Shown here: in pieces, positions 10,404-21,166 of the stretch
How the letters are laid out: every line of letters begins with the position of its first letter
How positions within the stretch are numbered: the first letter of the stretch is position 1
DNA from: Candidatus Zhuqueibacterota bacterium
Lineage (GTDB): Bacteria; Zhuqueibacterota; Zhuqueibacteria; JANLFK01; Oleimicrobiaceae
Length of the DNA: 64,000 nucleotides
NCBI GenBank assembly: GCA_024655945.1
Contig: JANLFK010000004.1
Span: 545 to 64,544, forward strand
Direction: 5' to 3'
Program-made: the position numbers and the translations under genes
The notes under the pieces: generated by a model
What the model was told of the DNA's origin: nothing
Database searches by the model: none
Seen by the model: the letters and a program-made list of their open reading frames with translations, nothing else

Positions 10404-10663
10404 GTCGAACCCTACTCCTGGTCGGCTGTGCACCTGTTTGGCTGGAAATTTACACACAAAGAGTAAAAGAGGCAATCTGTTTTTGCGCGCTTACCGCCCG
10501 GCTGGATTCTGGACTGCGGTGTCCTTGGGCACCGCACGGCGCCTGCGGCGGACGCTCTTGGTGCTCGGCTTTTGCCGTAGAGGCTGGGCCGGAGTGCAAT
10601 GCCTTTATGCATTGCCGGGGCGGCACGTCTCCTCTCAGCCTCCACGGGACACCGGTTTTCCCC

Positions 10664-10692
10664 TTGTTTTGCTGTGGGAAATTTCATATATT
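10664..10692 (+). promoter_or_regulatory. Sigma70-like promoter for the tRNA pair
   Basis: TTGTTT-17 nt-TATATT, about 30 nt upstream of tRNA-His. Confidence 0.5.
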
Positions 10693-10721
10693 TTCCCGCC
10701 TCAAAAACGAGGCCGCACGAT

Positions 10722-10799
10722 GGTGAGCGTAGCTCAGCTGGATAGAGCACTAGGCTGTGGCCCTGGTGGTCGCGGGTTCGAGTCCCGTCGCTCACCCCA
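10722..10799 (+). tRNA. tRNA-His(GTG)
   Basis: G-1; acceptor GTGAGCG/CGCTCAC; C discriminator; encoded CCA; anticodon loop CT-GTG-GC; T-loop GGTTCGAGTCC. Confidence 0.95.
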
Positions 10800-10864
10800 C
10801 TGCTCTGGCGCGCAGCGCTGGCACCACCAGCAAAGGCGCCTGTCCACCTCCGTTGCGACGGCAC

Positions 10865-10936
10865 GTCCCCTTCGTCTAGTGGTTAGGACTCAGGATTTTC
10901 GATCCTGCAACAGGGGTTCGACTCCCCTAGGGGACG
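10865..10936 (+). tRNA. tRNA-Glu(TTC)
   Basis: Acceptor GTCCCCT/AGGGGAC; anticodon arm CAGGA-TTTTCGA-TCCTG; GGTTCGACTCC; CCA not encoded. Confidence 0.93.
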
Positions 10937-10945
10937 CTCACTTAG

Positions 10946-10990
10946 ACGGGCGAGAAAGCCTTGTGTGCGGCACGGTCTCTCGCCCGTTTT
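10946..10990 (+). terminator. Probable intrinsic terminator after the tRNAs
   Basis: ACGGGCGAGA...TCTCGCCCGT stem followed by a T-run. Confidence 0.5.
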
Positions 10991-11200
10991 CCTTATCGCC
11001 AGGCGGCGCATGGCGCGGAGCAGACGGAGATCATCAAGCCCGGTGGAACAGGTTCTGCCGCTCTTGATCCTTGGCGAAGACGGGCAACGCCTGCGCCCCG
11101 GCGAGCCACCCAGCTGGGCAATCTGCGCCGATTCTGACCCTAACCCGAAGGTTCGGTGCGCCAAGGGCGTTCGGTTTCTTTGACGGCATAGCTGTGTGTA

Positions 11201-12472
11201 GTGCAACGAGCGCTCGAGCAGGCATGTGACCTGCAACCGAACAGGAGCCGACTGGAGAGATCCTTGACGACTCTGTGCCCACTCGACGCGTTGAGCCAAA
11301 AGTTCAGCTCGCTTTTCGGTGACCAGCCAGAAGTGTTGGTGCGATCTGCCGGGCGCGTCAACCTCATCGGAGAACACACCGACTACAACGAGGGCTTTGT
11401 CCTGCCGGCGGCCATTGACCGCCATATCTGCCTCCTTGCGCGGCGGCGGCCAGGACGCATCGTGCGCGCTTACGCCACCGAGTTCAACGACCTCGCCACT
11501 TTTCCGGTCCAAGAGAGCCCAGCGGAGCGGCACGGGCACTGGACGGTCTACCTGAGGGGTGTCATCGAGCTTCTGCAACGGCGCGGTGTGGAAATCGAGG
11601 GTTTCGATGTGCTCATCGCCGCCACGCTGCCGCGGGCTTCCGGACTGAGCTCGTCCGCTGCCCTGGAGGTCGGCACGGCCTCGCTGGTGCAGGCGCTTTT
11701 CCCTTTTGCCATGGACGAGTTGGAGCTCATCAAATTAGTGCAGCAGGCCGAGCACCAGTTCGCCGGTACCAAGTGTGGCATCATGGACATGTTCGTCTGC
11801 CGGCTGGGCCGCCAGGCGCACGCCCTTTTCTTAGACTGCCGCTCGTTGGAACACCGCCTGGTTCCCCTGGCGCTGGACCAGGTGGCGCTGGTTATCTGCG
11901 ACACCAAGAAAAAGCGCGGTTTGGCAGGCTCTGCTTACAACGAGCGGCGCGCACAGTGCGAAGAGGGGGTGCGACTGTTGCGCCAGTGGCTGCCGGGCAT
12001 CAGTGCCTTGCGCGATGTTGGCCTTGAACAGTTCATCTCTCTTGCCGACCGCCTCCCGCCAGTGGTACGACGCCGCTGCGGGCATGTGGTGGCCGAGAAT
12101 GCCCGCGTGCTGGAGGCGGTGAGCGCCTTGGAAAGAGATGACCTCGCCCACTTGGGCAGGCTGATGCAGGCATCGCACGCCAGCCTGCGCGACCTGTACG
12201 AGGTGAGCTGCCCGGAGCTGGATACGCTGGTGGAGAGTGCATTGAGGGTGCAGGGCACGCTTGGGGCGCGCCTCACAGGGGCGGGCTTTGGTGGCTGCAC
12301 CGTCAATTTGGTGCGGCGGGATGCGCTGGAGGAGTTCAAAGAGAAAGTGGGCGCCGACTATGTCCGGCGCTTTGGACAAGAGCCGGGCATCCTCGTCTGC
12401 AACGCTACCGATGGCGTACGGGTGCAATGGCTCTCCGCACCAGCTTGTTCAGAAGAGAGTTCGGATGGCTAA
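11201..12472 (+). CDS. galK: Galactokinase (start uncertain)
   Basis: GRVNLIGEHTDYNEG, GLSSSAA, CGIMD, GARLTGAGFGG. Confidence 0.92.
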   Translation: MQRALEQACDLQPNRSRLERSLTTLCPLDALSQKFSSLFGDQPEVLVRSAGRVNLIGEHTDYNEGFVLPAAIDRHICLLARRRPGRIVRAYATEFNDLATFPVQESPAERHGHWTVYLRGVIELLQRRGVEIEGFDVLIAATLPRASGLSSSAALEVGTASLVQALFPFAMDELELIKLVQQAEHQFAGTKCGIMDMFVCRLGRQAHALFLDCRSLEHRLVPLALDQVALVICDTKKKRGLAGSAYNERRAQCEEGVRLLRQWLPGISALRDVGLEQFISLADRLPPVVRRRCGHVVAENARVLEAVSALERDDLAHLGRLMQASHASLRDLYEVSCPELDTLVESALRVQGTLGARLTGAGFGGCTVNLVRRDALEEFKEKVGADYVRRFGQEPGILVCNATDGVRVQWLSAPACSEESSDG

Positions 12473-13412
12473 CCGGCACCCACAGAGAATCGTCGTGGTC
12501 GGTAGCTCGAATACGGACCTCGTGGTTCGCTGTCAGAGAGCGCCTGCACCCGGCGAGACCGTGCTCGGCGACGAGTTTTTCACGGCTGCAGGCGGCAAAG
12601 GCGCCAACCAGGCAGTTGCTGCAGCCCGCCTGGGTGGCGAGGTCTGGTTCGTGGCAAAGGTGGGAGACGACGCTTTTGGGCGGCAGGCGGTCGCCGGGTT
12701 GCAGGCCGAAGGCGTGCACTGCGACTTTGTGAGCGTTGACCCTCGATACCCCTCAGGCGTGGCGCTCATTGTGGTAGAGGAGCAGGGGCAGAACCGTATC
12801 GTTGTGGCCCTCGGGGCCAATGAGCACTTGACCCCAGAGGATGTGCAGGCAGCCGCTGGGGTGATACGGGGCGCCGGAGCCCTCTTGGTGCAACTGGAGA
12901 CGCCCTTGGAGACCGTGCGCCATGCGGTTGGCCTGGCCGCCGAGTGTGGCGTGCCGGTCATTCTCAATTCTGCACCGGGCAGACCTTTACCGACTGAGCT
13001 GCTGCGCGCGGTGGCCGTCATCACGCCTAATGAGAGCGAAGCAGAGCTCCTCACTGGCGTTAGGCCCAAGGATGCGCGGGCAAGGCGCGAGGTCGCCGAA
13101 CTCCTGCACAGAGAGGGCGTGGGCACTGTGGTCATCACCCTCGGTGCCGAGGGAGCGTTTGTCTCTGAGGGGAGTGAGGCCTACCTTGTACCAGGCTTTC
13201 CGGTGAAAGCGGCGGATACGACCGCTGCGGGCGATGCGTTCAATGGCGCTTTCGCGGTGGCTTTCGTGCGCGGCCTGCAGCTTCGGCAGGCCGTCCGTTA
13301 TGCCAACGCTGCCGCAGCTTTGGCGGTGCAAAAGCTGGGGGCGCAGCCTTCGTTGCCAACTGTGGCGGAGGTCGATTCGTTCCTTACGCAGGTTCAGGGC
13401 ACGGTCATCTGA
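12465..13412 (+). CDS. rbsK: Ribokinase
   Basis: VVGSSNTD, GGKGANQA, QLE, TPNESE, DTTAAGDAFNG. Confidence 0.92.
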   Translation: MANRHPQRIVVVGSSNTDLVVRCQRAPAPGETVLGDEFFTAAGGKGANQAVAAARLGGEVWFVAKVGDDAFGRQAVAGLQAEGVHCDFVSVDPRYPSGVALIVVEEQGQNRIVVALGANEHLTPEDVQAAAGVIRGAGALLVQLETPLETVRHAVGLAAECGVPVILNSAPGRPLPTELLRAVAVITPNESEAELLTGVRPKDARARREVAELLHREGVGTVVITLGAEGAFVSEGSEAYLVPGFPVKAADTTAAGDAFNGAFAVAFVRGLQLRQAVRYANAAAALAVQKLGAQPSLPTVAEVDSFLTQVQGTVI

Positions 13413-13418
13413 GAGAGG

Positions 13419-13946
13419 ATGGAGATGAATCTTTTTCTCAACGCGGCGATGCTTTTCGTGTTGCGCGTCATCGATGTGAGCCTGGGCACCATCCGCATGA
13501 TCTTCATCATCCAGGGGCGGCGGGTCATCGGGTCGCTTATTGGCTTTGTGGAGGTGACCATCTTCCTGGTGGCCATTTCCAAGGCCATCGCCGGCATGCA
13601 CAATGTGGTGAGCGTCATCGCTTATTCTGGGGGTTTTGCCTGTGGCACCCTTCTCGGCATCACCATCGAGCACAAGCTCGCCTTGGGGTGGTCACACATC
13701 CGGGTCATCTCCCAGAGACATGCCCGAGAGATCGCCTCTGCCCTGCGGCATGCGGGATTCGGTGTGACGGTCGTGCCGGGGGAAGGAATGAAGGGGCCGG
13801 TGGAGCTTGTCTACACTACCGTGCGTCGCAAGCAGACCAGGCAGGTGATCAAGATTGTGGAGAGCATCGACCGCGAGGCGTTCATAACCTTGCACGATTT
13901 CCGGCACATTTTCCGCGGCCATGTGGCCCCGAATCTGAAGAAGTGA
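13419..13946 (+). CDS. UPF0316/DUF2179-type membrane protein
   Basis: LRVIDVSLGTIR, GFVEV, AYSGGFACG; C-terminal GFGVT...G..G and IDREAFI. Confidence 0.8.
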   Translation: MEMNLFLNAAMLFVLRVIDVSLGTIRMIFIIQGRRVIGSLIGFVEVTIFLVAISKAIAGMHNVVSVIAYSGGFACGTLLGITIEHKLALGWSHIRVISQRHAREIASALRHAGFGVTVVPGEGMKGPVELVYTTVRRKQTRQVIKIVESIDREAFITLHDFRHIFRGHVAPNLKK

Positions 13947-14017
13947 GGCACCTGTTCGGCAACCCGAGGTGTGAGGCGTTGCCCGTTGCGTAACTTGTAC
14001 GCACTTAGCACGAAAGC

Positions 14018-14770
14018 ATGAGAGGCAAGCGCACACGAAGGCGACACTGGCACGACACCTTTGCCCTCTGGGCACGTGGACTGCGCGCCGCTGCGGCAGT
14101 GGCCATCGTCATCTTTGTCATTTGCTACCTGCTTGGGGCTTTCGCCCATATCGGAAAGACCGGGAGCAGCTACCTGAAAGCAGGCCTCGTGGTGACGGTC
14201 ACGTTGGGATGTGCCATTCTGGTGCGCTCGTTGGTCCGCGGGGGCCGCAGGCGACTCATGCGGGCGCTGCTCGCCTTGCCCGTCCTCTTTGCTGCAGGGG
14301 CAGTTGCGTATCACATCATCTGCCATCGCCATCTGTACTGGATTATCCTCACTCTACTGGCGGTGGCGGTGGCGCTCAACGTGTACGAGTTCGCCCTCAA
14401 TCTGCGTGCCGTGTGGCGGCGGGAGATGGTTTCCCGCGAGAGCACGTTGGTGCAGTTCGTGTTCCTCTACGTCATGACGGTGCTTAGCTACACGCTTCTC
14501 TACACCATCCTGGATCCCCACATCCCGCATCGCCTCTTCAAGATGGAGAGCACCATTGACCCGCTCCTGGACTTTCTGTACTTGAGCGTGGTCACCGCGA
14601 CCACGGTGGGTTATGGCGACATCGTGCCACTCACCGCGGGAGCAAAGGTACTGGTCATGTCCCAGACGGTGGTCTGCTACGTGTTCCTGTCCATCCTGAT
14701 CGGCCTCATTGTGAGTTGGGCTGGGGGGCACGGCGGCCGGAGCACTGGTGGGGCAGGCAGGCGGCCTTGA
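14018..14770 (+). CDS. Potassium channel family membrane protein
   Basis: Several TM helices and the selectivity filter YLSVVTATTVGYGDIVP. Confidence 0.8.
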   Translation: MRGKRTRRRHWHDTFALWARGLRAAAAVAIVIFVICYLLGAFAHIGKTGSSYLKAGLVVTVTLGCAILVRSLVRGGRRRLMRALLALPVLFAAGAVAYHIICHRHLYWIILTLLAVAVALNVYEFALNLRAVWRREMVSRESTLVQFVFLYVMTVLSYTLLYTILDPHIPHRLFKMESTIDPLLDFLYLSVVTATTVGYGDIVPLTAGAKVLVMSQTVVCYVFLSILIGLIVSWAGGHGGRSTGGAGRRP

Positions 14771-14821
14771 CGAAGGGAGCGCACGGGCTGGAATCGAGGG
14801 CGCATGTGCAGTACCGAGGGC

Positions 14822-14884
14822 GGCGCTGGCGTCTTGCGAGCGCCTTTTTTCATGCTTGATTATCACCCGGGTTTTGGCTAAATT
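14822..14884 (+). terminator. Intrinsic terminator followed by the rarA promoter
   Basis: GGCGCT...AGCGCC-TTTTTT (14822-14850), then TTGATT-17-TAAATT (14856-14884). Confidence 0.5.
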
Positions 14885-14932
14885 CCATTGGCAGGAAGCG
14901 TGGAGGGGAAGAAGGAGCCATAGGTATTCGCC

Positions 14933-16264
14933 ATGAGCCTTTTCGAACTCGAGCCCGAGGCAGAAGCTGTCCAGCCTGGTGCGCCGCTTGCGGATCGCGT
15001 CAGGCCGAGGACTCTCCAGGAGTTCGTGGGGCAATCTCATCTCGTGGGTGAGGGCAAGGTCCTCCGCCGGGCAATCGAGCGCGATGAGCTGATGTCTATG
15101 ATCTTTTGGGGCCCTCCTGGGGTGGGCAAGACCACGTTAGCGCGCATCATTGCCCACGAGACGCACTGTACCTTCTACTCATTGAGCGCGGTGGCCTCCG
15201 GGGTTGCGGAGGTGCGCGCCGTCATCGACAAGGCCCGCCAGGCGCGGCGGAAGAGTGGCAGGCGCACCATCCTCTTTATCGACGAAATCCACCGTTTCAA
15301 CAAAGCGCAGCAGGATGCCCTGTTGCACGCCGTGGAGGACGGCACCATTTTGCTCATCGGGGCAACTACAGAGAACCCCAGCTTTGAGGTCATTTCGCCC
15401 CTTCTCTCCCGCTGTCGGGTCTACAAGATGGAGCCACTGAGCGAAGAGGAGCTGGCGCGGGTCATCGACGGGGCTCTGCAACGAGACCAGGAACTTGCCA
15501 AACTGCGGATCATTTTCGCCGAGGGGGCTCGGCAGCTTTTGTTGCAGCTTTCTGCCGGCGATGCGCGCGTGGCCCTCAACGCCGTAGAGCTGGCGGTGCG
15601 ACTTGCTCCGCCAGGGGAGGAAGTCACCATCACTCGCGCGCTGATCGAGGAGGCGATGCAGCGGCGCACGCCGCTTTACGACAAGAAGGGCGATTATCAC
15701 TATGACACCATCTCGGCCTTCATCAAGAGTGTGCGGGGCTCGGATCCAGATGCGGCGCTCTACTGGCTGGCCCGCATGTTGGAAGGGGGGGAAGATCCCC
15801 TGTTCATCGCTCGCCGGCTGATTATCTTGGCTTCCGAGGACATCGGCAACGCCGACCCCCACGCCTTGATGGTTGCCACCGCAGCGTTCCAGGCAGTGGA
15901 CGCCATCGGTATGCCCGAGGCGCGCATCGTGCTTGCCCAGGCCACCACCTATCTGGCATCTGCGCCCAAGAGCAATGCCTCTTACTTAGCCATCGAGGCG
16001 GCCACCGCCGATGTGCGCCAGGAACAGCCGGGGGCCGTGCCCTTGCACCTGCGCAATGCACCGACCCAGTTGATGCGCCAGTTTGGCTATGCGGCTGGCT
16101 ACCGATACCCTCACGACCATGGCGGCTTTGTGGAGCAGGACTATTTCCCCAAAGAGCTGGGGCCGCGGGTCTATTACAAGCCCACCGACAATGGCGTGGA
16201 GAAGCGCATCAGGGAGCGCCTTGAACAGCTATGGCCGGGGCGCAGGCGGCCCAGGAGCGAGTAG
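14933..16264 (+). CDS. rarA: Replication-associated recombination protein A (MgsA)
   Basis: [55 protein letters not shown]. Confidence 0.95.
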   Translation: MSLFELEPEAEAVQPGAPLADRVRPRTLQEFVGQSHLVGEGKVLRRAIERDELMSMIFWGPPGVGKTTLARIIAHETHCTFYSLSAVASGVAEVRAVIDKARQARRKSGRRTILFIDEIHRFNKAQQDALLHAVEDGTILLIGATTENPSFEVISPLLSRCRVYKMEPLSEEELARVIDGALQRDQELAKLRIIFAEGARQLLLQLSAGDARVALNAVELAVRLAPPGEEVTITRALIEEAMQRRTPLYDKKGDYHYDTISAFIKSVRGSDPDAALYWLARMLEGGEDPLFIARRLIILASEDIGNADPHALMVATAAFQAVDAIGMPEARIVLAQATTYLASAPKSNASYLAIEAATADVRQEQPGAVPLHLRNAPTQLMRQFGYAAGYRYPHDHGGFVEQDYFPKELGPRVYYKPTDNGVEKRIRERLEQLWPGRRRPRSE

Positions 16265-18901
16265 GTGCCGATGTCCACGCTCGCGCCCACACGGGATGTG
16301 TCGCGCTTCCGCTGGCTCATCGCGCTGACTCTGTGCAGCCTGTGTGCTCATGGGTTGTTCGCCCTTCCGGGCTCCCCGGCTTCACCGCAGGACACGACCG
16401 TGGCCCCCCGTGCCCGCGCCGACCTTGACACGACCATCCACTACGAGGCGCTCGTCGTCGACAACCTCGTGGAAGGAAGGATCACCTACCTCGTGGGTGA
16501 CGCAGTGGTCAAGTACCGAAACATGACCCTGCGCGCGGAGAAAATTACCGTTGACTGGGACAAGAACTTGCTCACTGCCGAAGGGGTGGCGGACACGCTT
16601 CTTGTGCCTTCCGAGAACCCGGGCGATTCGGTGCGCGTCGTGCGCTGGCGAGGGTTGCCCACGCTGGTGAGCGATGGCGAGACCATGACCGGGGTCAAGA
16701 TGGTGTACAACACGGTCACAGACAAGGGCATCGTCGTGCGCGGGCGCACGGAGTTTGAGGGCGGCTTTTATGGCGGCCGGCAGATCAAGCGGGTGGGAGG
16801 GAGCGTCTACAACATCTCGCATGGGGAGTTTACTACCTGCAACCTGGAGCAAGACCCGCACTACCATTTCTACTGCCGCCGCATGAAGATGATACCGGAC
16901 GACAAGGTGGTGACCCAGGGCCTGGTCATGTACCTGGGCCGCATTCCGGTGCTCGGTTTCCCCTTTGCGGTCTTTCCCCACCGTCGAGGGCGGCAGTCGG
17001 GGTTTCTTATGCCGCGCTACGGATACAGCGCGCGCGAAGGGAACTACCTGCGCGGCTTTGGCTACTACTGGGCGCCGAACGATCACTTCGACGCGCTGGG
17101 CACGGTGGACTATTTCGAGCGAAGCGGCTTCTTTTTCCAAGCGGGTATCAACTATGCGCTGCGCTACGTGATGCGGGGTTCGGTGAACGGTTCCATCACC
17201 CGCAAGGATTTTACCTACGGCGTGCACCAGCGGCGTTGGGACTTGCAGGTACACCATTCGCAGGAGTTTGACCCCACGCTGCGGATTTCCGCGGCAGGCT
17301 ACTTTGTGAGCGACGGGTCTTTCTACCGCGACCTGAGTACCAATCTCGATGCGCGTCTCACCCGCCAACTGCGCTCCAACGCTACGCTCAGCAAGACCTG
17401 GAAGAATGGCAAGATCGGCCTCACGGTCAATGCTTCTCACGTCCGCGATCTGCAGACCGACGAGACGACGCTGAGCTTGCCGCAAGCGAGCCTCTACGTG
17501 GGGCAAGGCCAGTTCTTCCCCCCTGCGGCTACCCGGCGAGAACGACGGGGGGCAACTCGTCCGGCCAGCGAGGAGCTGCGCTGGTATCAGGCCATTTACT
17601 ATTCCTACTCGTCGAACCTGCTGAACACGACGGTGACGCGCAAGTCTGAGCAGGGGGAACCGAAGACGACGACCAGACGTCTTGCCCACCAGGTGGGCCT
17701 GTCGATGAACAACCCGCGCAAGCTCTTCGGCTGGTTAGGGCTCAGTCAGTCCCTGAACATCAACGAGGACTGGTTCGACCGCACCATGGACTACTTCCTC
17801 GTGGATTCCACAAATGCCATCGGCTCGCGGGAGGTGCCAAGGTTTGCTGCCCGGCACTTGTTCAGCTATGCCCTCTCCGCGCACACCAAACTCTACGGTC
17901 TGTTTGCACCAAATGTGTTCGGAGTCAAAGCCGTGCGGCACGTGGTGACTCCGACGCTCTCTTTTTCCTACCAGCCGGACTTTTCCCAGGGCAAATGGGG
18001 ATACTACGAAGCGGTGGTTGACACGAGCGGCCGTATGTACAAGCGGGATCGCTTTGGTGGCACCCCGATGGGTGGGCAGCAACGCCTTTCCCTTCGTGTC
18101 AACAACGTTTTTCAGATGAAGACCGGGGAAGGCGAAAAGGAGCGCAAGTTCGATCTGTTCACCATCGATCTAAGCACCGGTTTCAACTTCAAGGCGAAGG
18201 AATACAAGCTCTCCGACTTGTACAGCACCCTCACCGCCAATCCTCTGCGCAACCTGAGCATTTCGGCCAGTGCCACGCACAGCTTTTATCGCTACGACTA
18301 TGCGCTGCGCAGGACAGTGAACGACTACTTGTTCGACGCGGGAGGGCTGTTGCGCGGCAAGCTTGCCTGGCTCACTGGCATACGCTTCAATGCCTCGCTA
18401 CGGCTGCAGGGAAGTGGCAGAAAGAAGGCTGCGCCACCCCAGCCAATCGCTGCCCCCGAGGAAGGCCAAGAGGAAGTGCCTCCCCGGGGTGTGTTCGACG
18501 AGGAGTTGCGCACGGGAGGCAACCGTTTCGAGGGGTTGAGCACCTTCCAAGGCTTAGACATCCCGTGGTCGGTAAGCCTGTCATTCGGCTACGACAAGGA
18601 GCGGCGCAGCGACCCTGCGCACCCCCGAGAGCGCTACTACCTGGACGTGCGTGGACTGCAGATCCAGCTCACCAAGAACTGGCGCGTCGAGTATAGCGCG
18701 CATTTTGACCTGAAGGAGAAGCAAGTGGCCAGCCATCGCTGGGTCTTTTACCGCGACCTGCATTGCTGGGAGGCCAAGTTTGACTGGGTCCCCTCGGGGA
18801 TTGCCAAGCGCTTCTATCTGTGCATCCAGGTCAAAGCACCGCAGCTCCGTGACCTCAAGTTGGAGGCGCGCGGCGGCAGAGCCGGGGTGTTCGGCTATTA
18901 G
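16265..18901 (+). CDS. lptD: LPS assembly protein LptD (FCB-type)
   Basis: OstA-like N-terminus, FTTCNL..PHYHF, RQSGFLMPRYG, C-terminal YRDLHCWE beta-barrel end. Confidence 0.85.
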   Translation: MPMSTLAPTRDVSRFRWLIALTLCSLCAHGLFALPGSPASPQDTTVAPRARADLDTTIHYEALVVDNLVEGRITYLVGDAVVKYRNMTLRAEKITVDWDKNLLTAEGVADTLLVPSENPGDSVRVVRWRGLPTLVSDGETMTGVKMVYNTVTDKGIVVRGRTEFEGGFYGGRQIKRVGGSVYNISHGEFTTCNLEQDPHYHFYCRRMKMIPDDKVVTQGLVMYLGRIPVLGFPFAVFPHRRGRQSGFLMPRYGYSAREGNYLRGFGYYWAPNDHFDALGTVDYFERSGFFFQAGINYALRYVMRGSVNGSITRKDFTYGVHQRRWDLQVHHSQEFDPTLRISAAGYFVSDGSFYRDLSTNLDARLTRQLRSNATLSKTWKNGKIGLTVNASHVRDLQTDETTLSLPQASLYVGQGQFFPPAATRRERRGATRPASEELRWYQAIYYSYSSNLLNTTVTRKSEQGEPKTTTRRLAHQVGLSMNNPRKLFGWLGLSQSLNINEDWFDRTMDYFLVDSTNAIGSREVPRFAARHLFSYALSAHTKLYGLFAPNVFGVKAVRHVVTPTLSFSYQPDFSQGKWGYYEAVVDTSGRMYKRDRFGGTPMGGQQRLSLRVNNVFQMKTGEGEKERKFDLFTIDLSTGFNFKAKEYKLSDLYSTLTANPLRNLSISASATHSFYRYDYALRRTVNDYLFDAGGLLRGKLAWLTGIRFNASLRLQGSGRKKAAPPQPIAAPEEGQEEVPPRGVFDEELRTGGNRFEGLSTFQGLDIPWSVSLSFGYDKERRSDPAHPRERYYLDVRGLQIQLTKNWRVEYSAHFDLKEKQVASHRWVFYRDLHCWEAKFDWVPSGIAKRFYLCIQVKAPQLRDLKLEARGGRAGVFGY

Positions 18902-18967
18902 CTGGGTGTAAAAACGGGAGCGTTCCCCGGGGGCGAGAGCGCCGCGGAAAGTGGCCCTCTCCCCTCG

Positions 18968-21166
18968 CTAGCGGAGGAGCACCAGTTTGCGACAGCGCAC
19001 CTGTCGGTGCCCTATTTGCAGCCGATAGAGGTAGACGCCGCTTCCTAATGACTTGCCCCAGTCATCGCGTGCATCCCAGACGATGCGGTAGTAGCCGACA
19101 TCGTGCCATCCGCTTGCCAAGGTGCGCACCGCCTGGCCCGTGGCATTGATGAGAGTGAGGCTCACCTCCCCGGCTTGCGGGACAGCGTACTCAATGGTGG
19201 TTGCGGCATTGAAGGGATTGGGGTAGTTCTGGGCCAAGTGCCAGTCCTCGACGACGACCGGCTCCGGCCGGCGGCGCACGGTGAGGGACAAAGGTACCTC
19301 AGCCACGGGCATGGTCGTGTCGTTGGTGGTGATGGTGAGAAGACCGGGATAGTCGCCAGGAGCAAGCGTGGCTGCCGATACTTTGACGCCCAGATCGACC
19401 GAGCTGCTGGGTGCAATGACGCCCGCCGGACGCGCAAGGCTGAGCCATCCGGCGCTGCGCACGCCAAAGCCCACGCGGCGCATCGTCTCGATGTCCTCGC
19501 CGTGGTCGACGAACATGGTACGCTGCCCGTCGCTGACTAGGATTTCGTCCACGAAAAAGCCTACCAGCGTGGAGTCGTCCAGCGTGCAGAGGCCCATGTC
19601 GGAGGCAAAAGCGAAGCGAATCACCACGCTGTCTGCCTTGTAGGCTGCGAGGTCAAATTCCACGGGCCGCCAGCCGCCGCTCTTGCCGGTCCAGCCTGGG
19701 ATACCCACGCCCATGTTCCAGCCCTGTTCGGCATTGCCAAAGCTCCACAGGCTACGACGGTCATAGGGGGGCGAGACAGGCTCGGCCACGCGGAAGGTGC
19801 GGCCGTTGTCGATGGAGACCCACACGTTGCATCCATCCCAGCCGTCCCAAGGGGCTTCGGCGCCGCCGGGGTCCTCCACCGCCCACATCCCCATCCAGCG
19901 CAGGCGGGGTGCCGAGGTGCGCGACAAGTTGAGGGGCGGCGTCTCCAAATACTGCAGCCAGTGATTCTCGTACCCCTTGATGGCCGGGTCGCCACACCAC
20001 CAGCTCGACGAATCGTACGCCAGAAAGGGGCTGGGGTGGAACATGACCGGCAACTGATAGTCGATGGCTGAGTACTCAAGGGGAGTGGCGCCGAGGTTGC
20101 TCAGCGTTACGGTAGCGGTAGTGGAATCTCCCGGGTAGAGCGAAAGCTCCAGGCGTGCAGGTGCGATGGCCAAAGCGCCACCGGTGAGCGCATCCCAGAT
20201 GAAAGGCATGTAACGGCCCATCCCGCAATTGCCCCGCTTGATGCAGAAATACCCTTTGTCTCCCCAAGAGGGTCCCCAGCTGTTCTTGCAAATCCAGCTC
20301 TGTTCATAGTCGTTCCACCCGACAATCAAGATGCCGTGACCACCGAGCTCTTTGCCCGACACGTGTTCATACACGCCGCCTGCGTACGCGGTAAAGTCTT
20401 CGTACACCGTGAAGTGGGCCGAGACGGGATGGCGGTAGACTGCCGCCTTGATGTTTGCGATGAGAGCTTCCTCAAAGGTGATGTACCCCCAGCCAGGGAT
20501 CTTCACTGCCTGGGAGCGCCAGTCTTTGCAGGCCTCGGCACAGGGGACTTTGTCATCTGCTTTGTAGGGCATACATTTCTCCGGCGGGATTCCGGTGGTG
20601 CGGGCGAACTCGAGCACTGCACCAATGTCCCCTCCGGAACAGGAGCCGATCCCGGCGCAGGAGAGGACGAACTGCTCGGAGAGGTCCACGGGCGGTGTGA
20701 GCGTCTGGGTATGGATCATCCACCAGGACTCGATTTGCGCAACCGCCGAAAAGTCCCAGCAACTACCGCATGCCCCCTGATCGCGCACCCCACTGACCCA
20801 GTTGCCGTTGTTGGTGCGCCAGTCGAACACTGGCGGAAGCTGCGCTGGGCGTTGCAGTACCAGAAGGGTGGCGATGGTTGGATCGGGCGGCGCGAGCGAG
20901 GTGCCGCATAGCGCCTGCTGCTCTGCAAAGGAAAGCTCGCTCACCCAATTGCTTGCCGCGCGCCATTGCGCGCCGCGCTCGCCGATGGCCCGTTTCAGAG
21001 CGCTGAGCTCCTGTGCCCATGCGTGGGAGGCGACCAAGAAAAGGGGCAAGAACACTGCCCACGCGCCCCTTGCCCAGCACCTCCTTCCTGGCCGGAGGAG
21101 CCTCTGAGGCCCTGGCTTAGCGCAAGTCAGTGAAGACTGCATACGTCGCCTTGTCGTGATTGCCAC
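18968..21166 (-). CDS. Secreted papain-like C1 cysteine peptidase with accessory beta domains and a FlgD/T9SS-type C-terminal domain (start uncertain)
   Basis: FDWR, DQGACGSCW, GHGILIVGW, WICKNSWG; C-terminal LAQNYPNPFN...SGVYLYRL. Confidence 0.88.
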   Translation of the reverse strand: MAITTRRRMQSSLTCAKPGPQRLLRPGRRCWARGAWAVFLPLFLVASHAWAQELSALKRAIGERGAQWRAASNWVSELSFAEQQALCGTSLAPPDPTIATLLVLQRPAQLPPVFDWRTNNGNWVSGVRDQGACGSCWDFSAVAQIESWWMIHTQTLTPPVDLSEQFVLSCAGIGSCSGGDIGAVLEFARTTGIPPEKCMPYKADDKVPCAEACKDWRSQAVKIPGWGYITFEEALIANIKAAVYRHPVSAHFTVYEDFTAYAGGVYEHVSGKELGGHGILIVGWNDYEQSWICKNSWGPSWGDKGYFCIKRGNCGMGRYMPFIWDALTGGALAIAPARLELSLYPGDSTTATVTLSNLGATPLEYSAIDYQLPVMFHPSPFLAYDSSSWWCGDPAIKGYENHWLQYLETPPLNLSRTSAPRLRWMGMWAVEDPGGAEAPWDGWDGCNVWVSIDNGRTFRVAEPVSPPYDRRSLWSFGNAEQGWNMGVGIPGWTGKSGGWRPVEFDLAAYKADSVVIRFAFASDMGLCTLDDSTLVGFFVDEILVSDGQRTMFVDHGEDIETMRRVGFGVRSAGWLSLARPAGVIAPSSSVDLGVKVSAATLAPGDYPGLLTITTNDTTMPVAEVPLSLTVRRRPEPVVVEDWHLAQNYPNPFNAATTIEYAVPQAGEVSLTLINATGQAVRTLASGWHDVGYYRIVWDARDDWGKSLGSGVYLYRLQIGHRQVRCRKLVLLR

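Noticed and set aside
10865..10936. G at position 37 in tRNA-Glu(TTC) as a sign of recoding
   Set aside because: The anticodon is standard TTC and the cloverleaf is normal; this is minor variation only.
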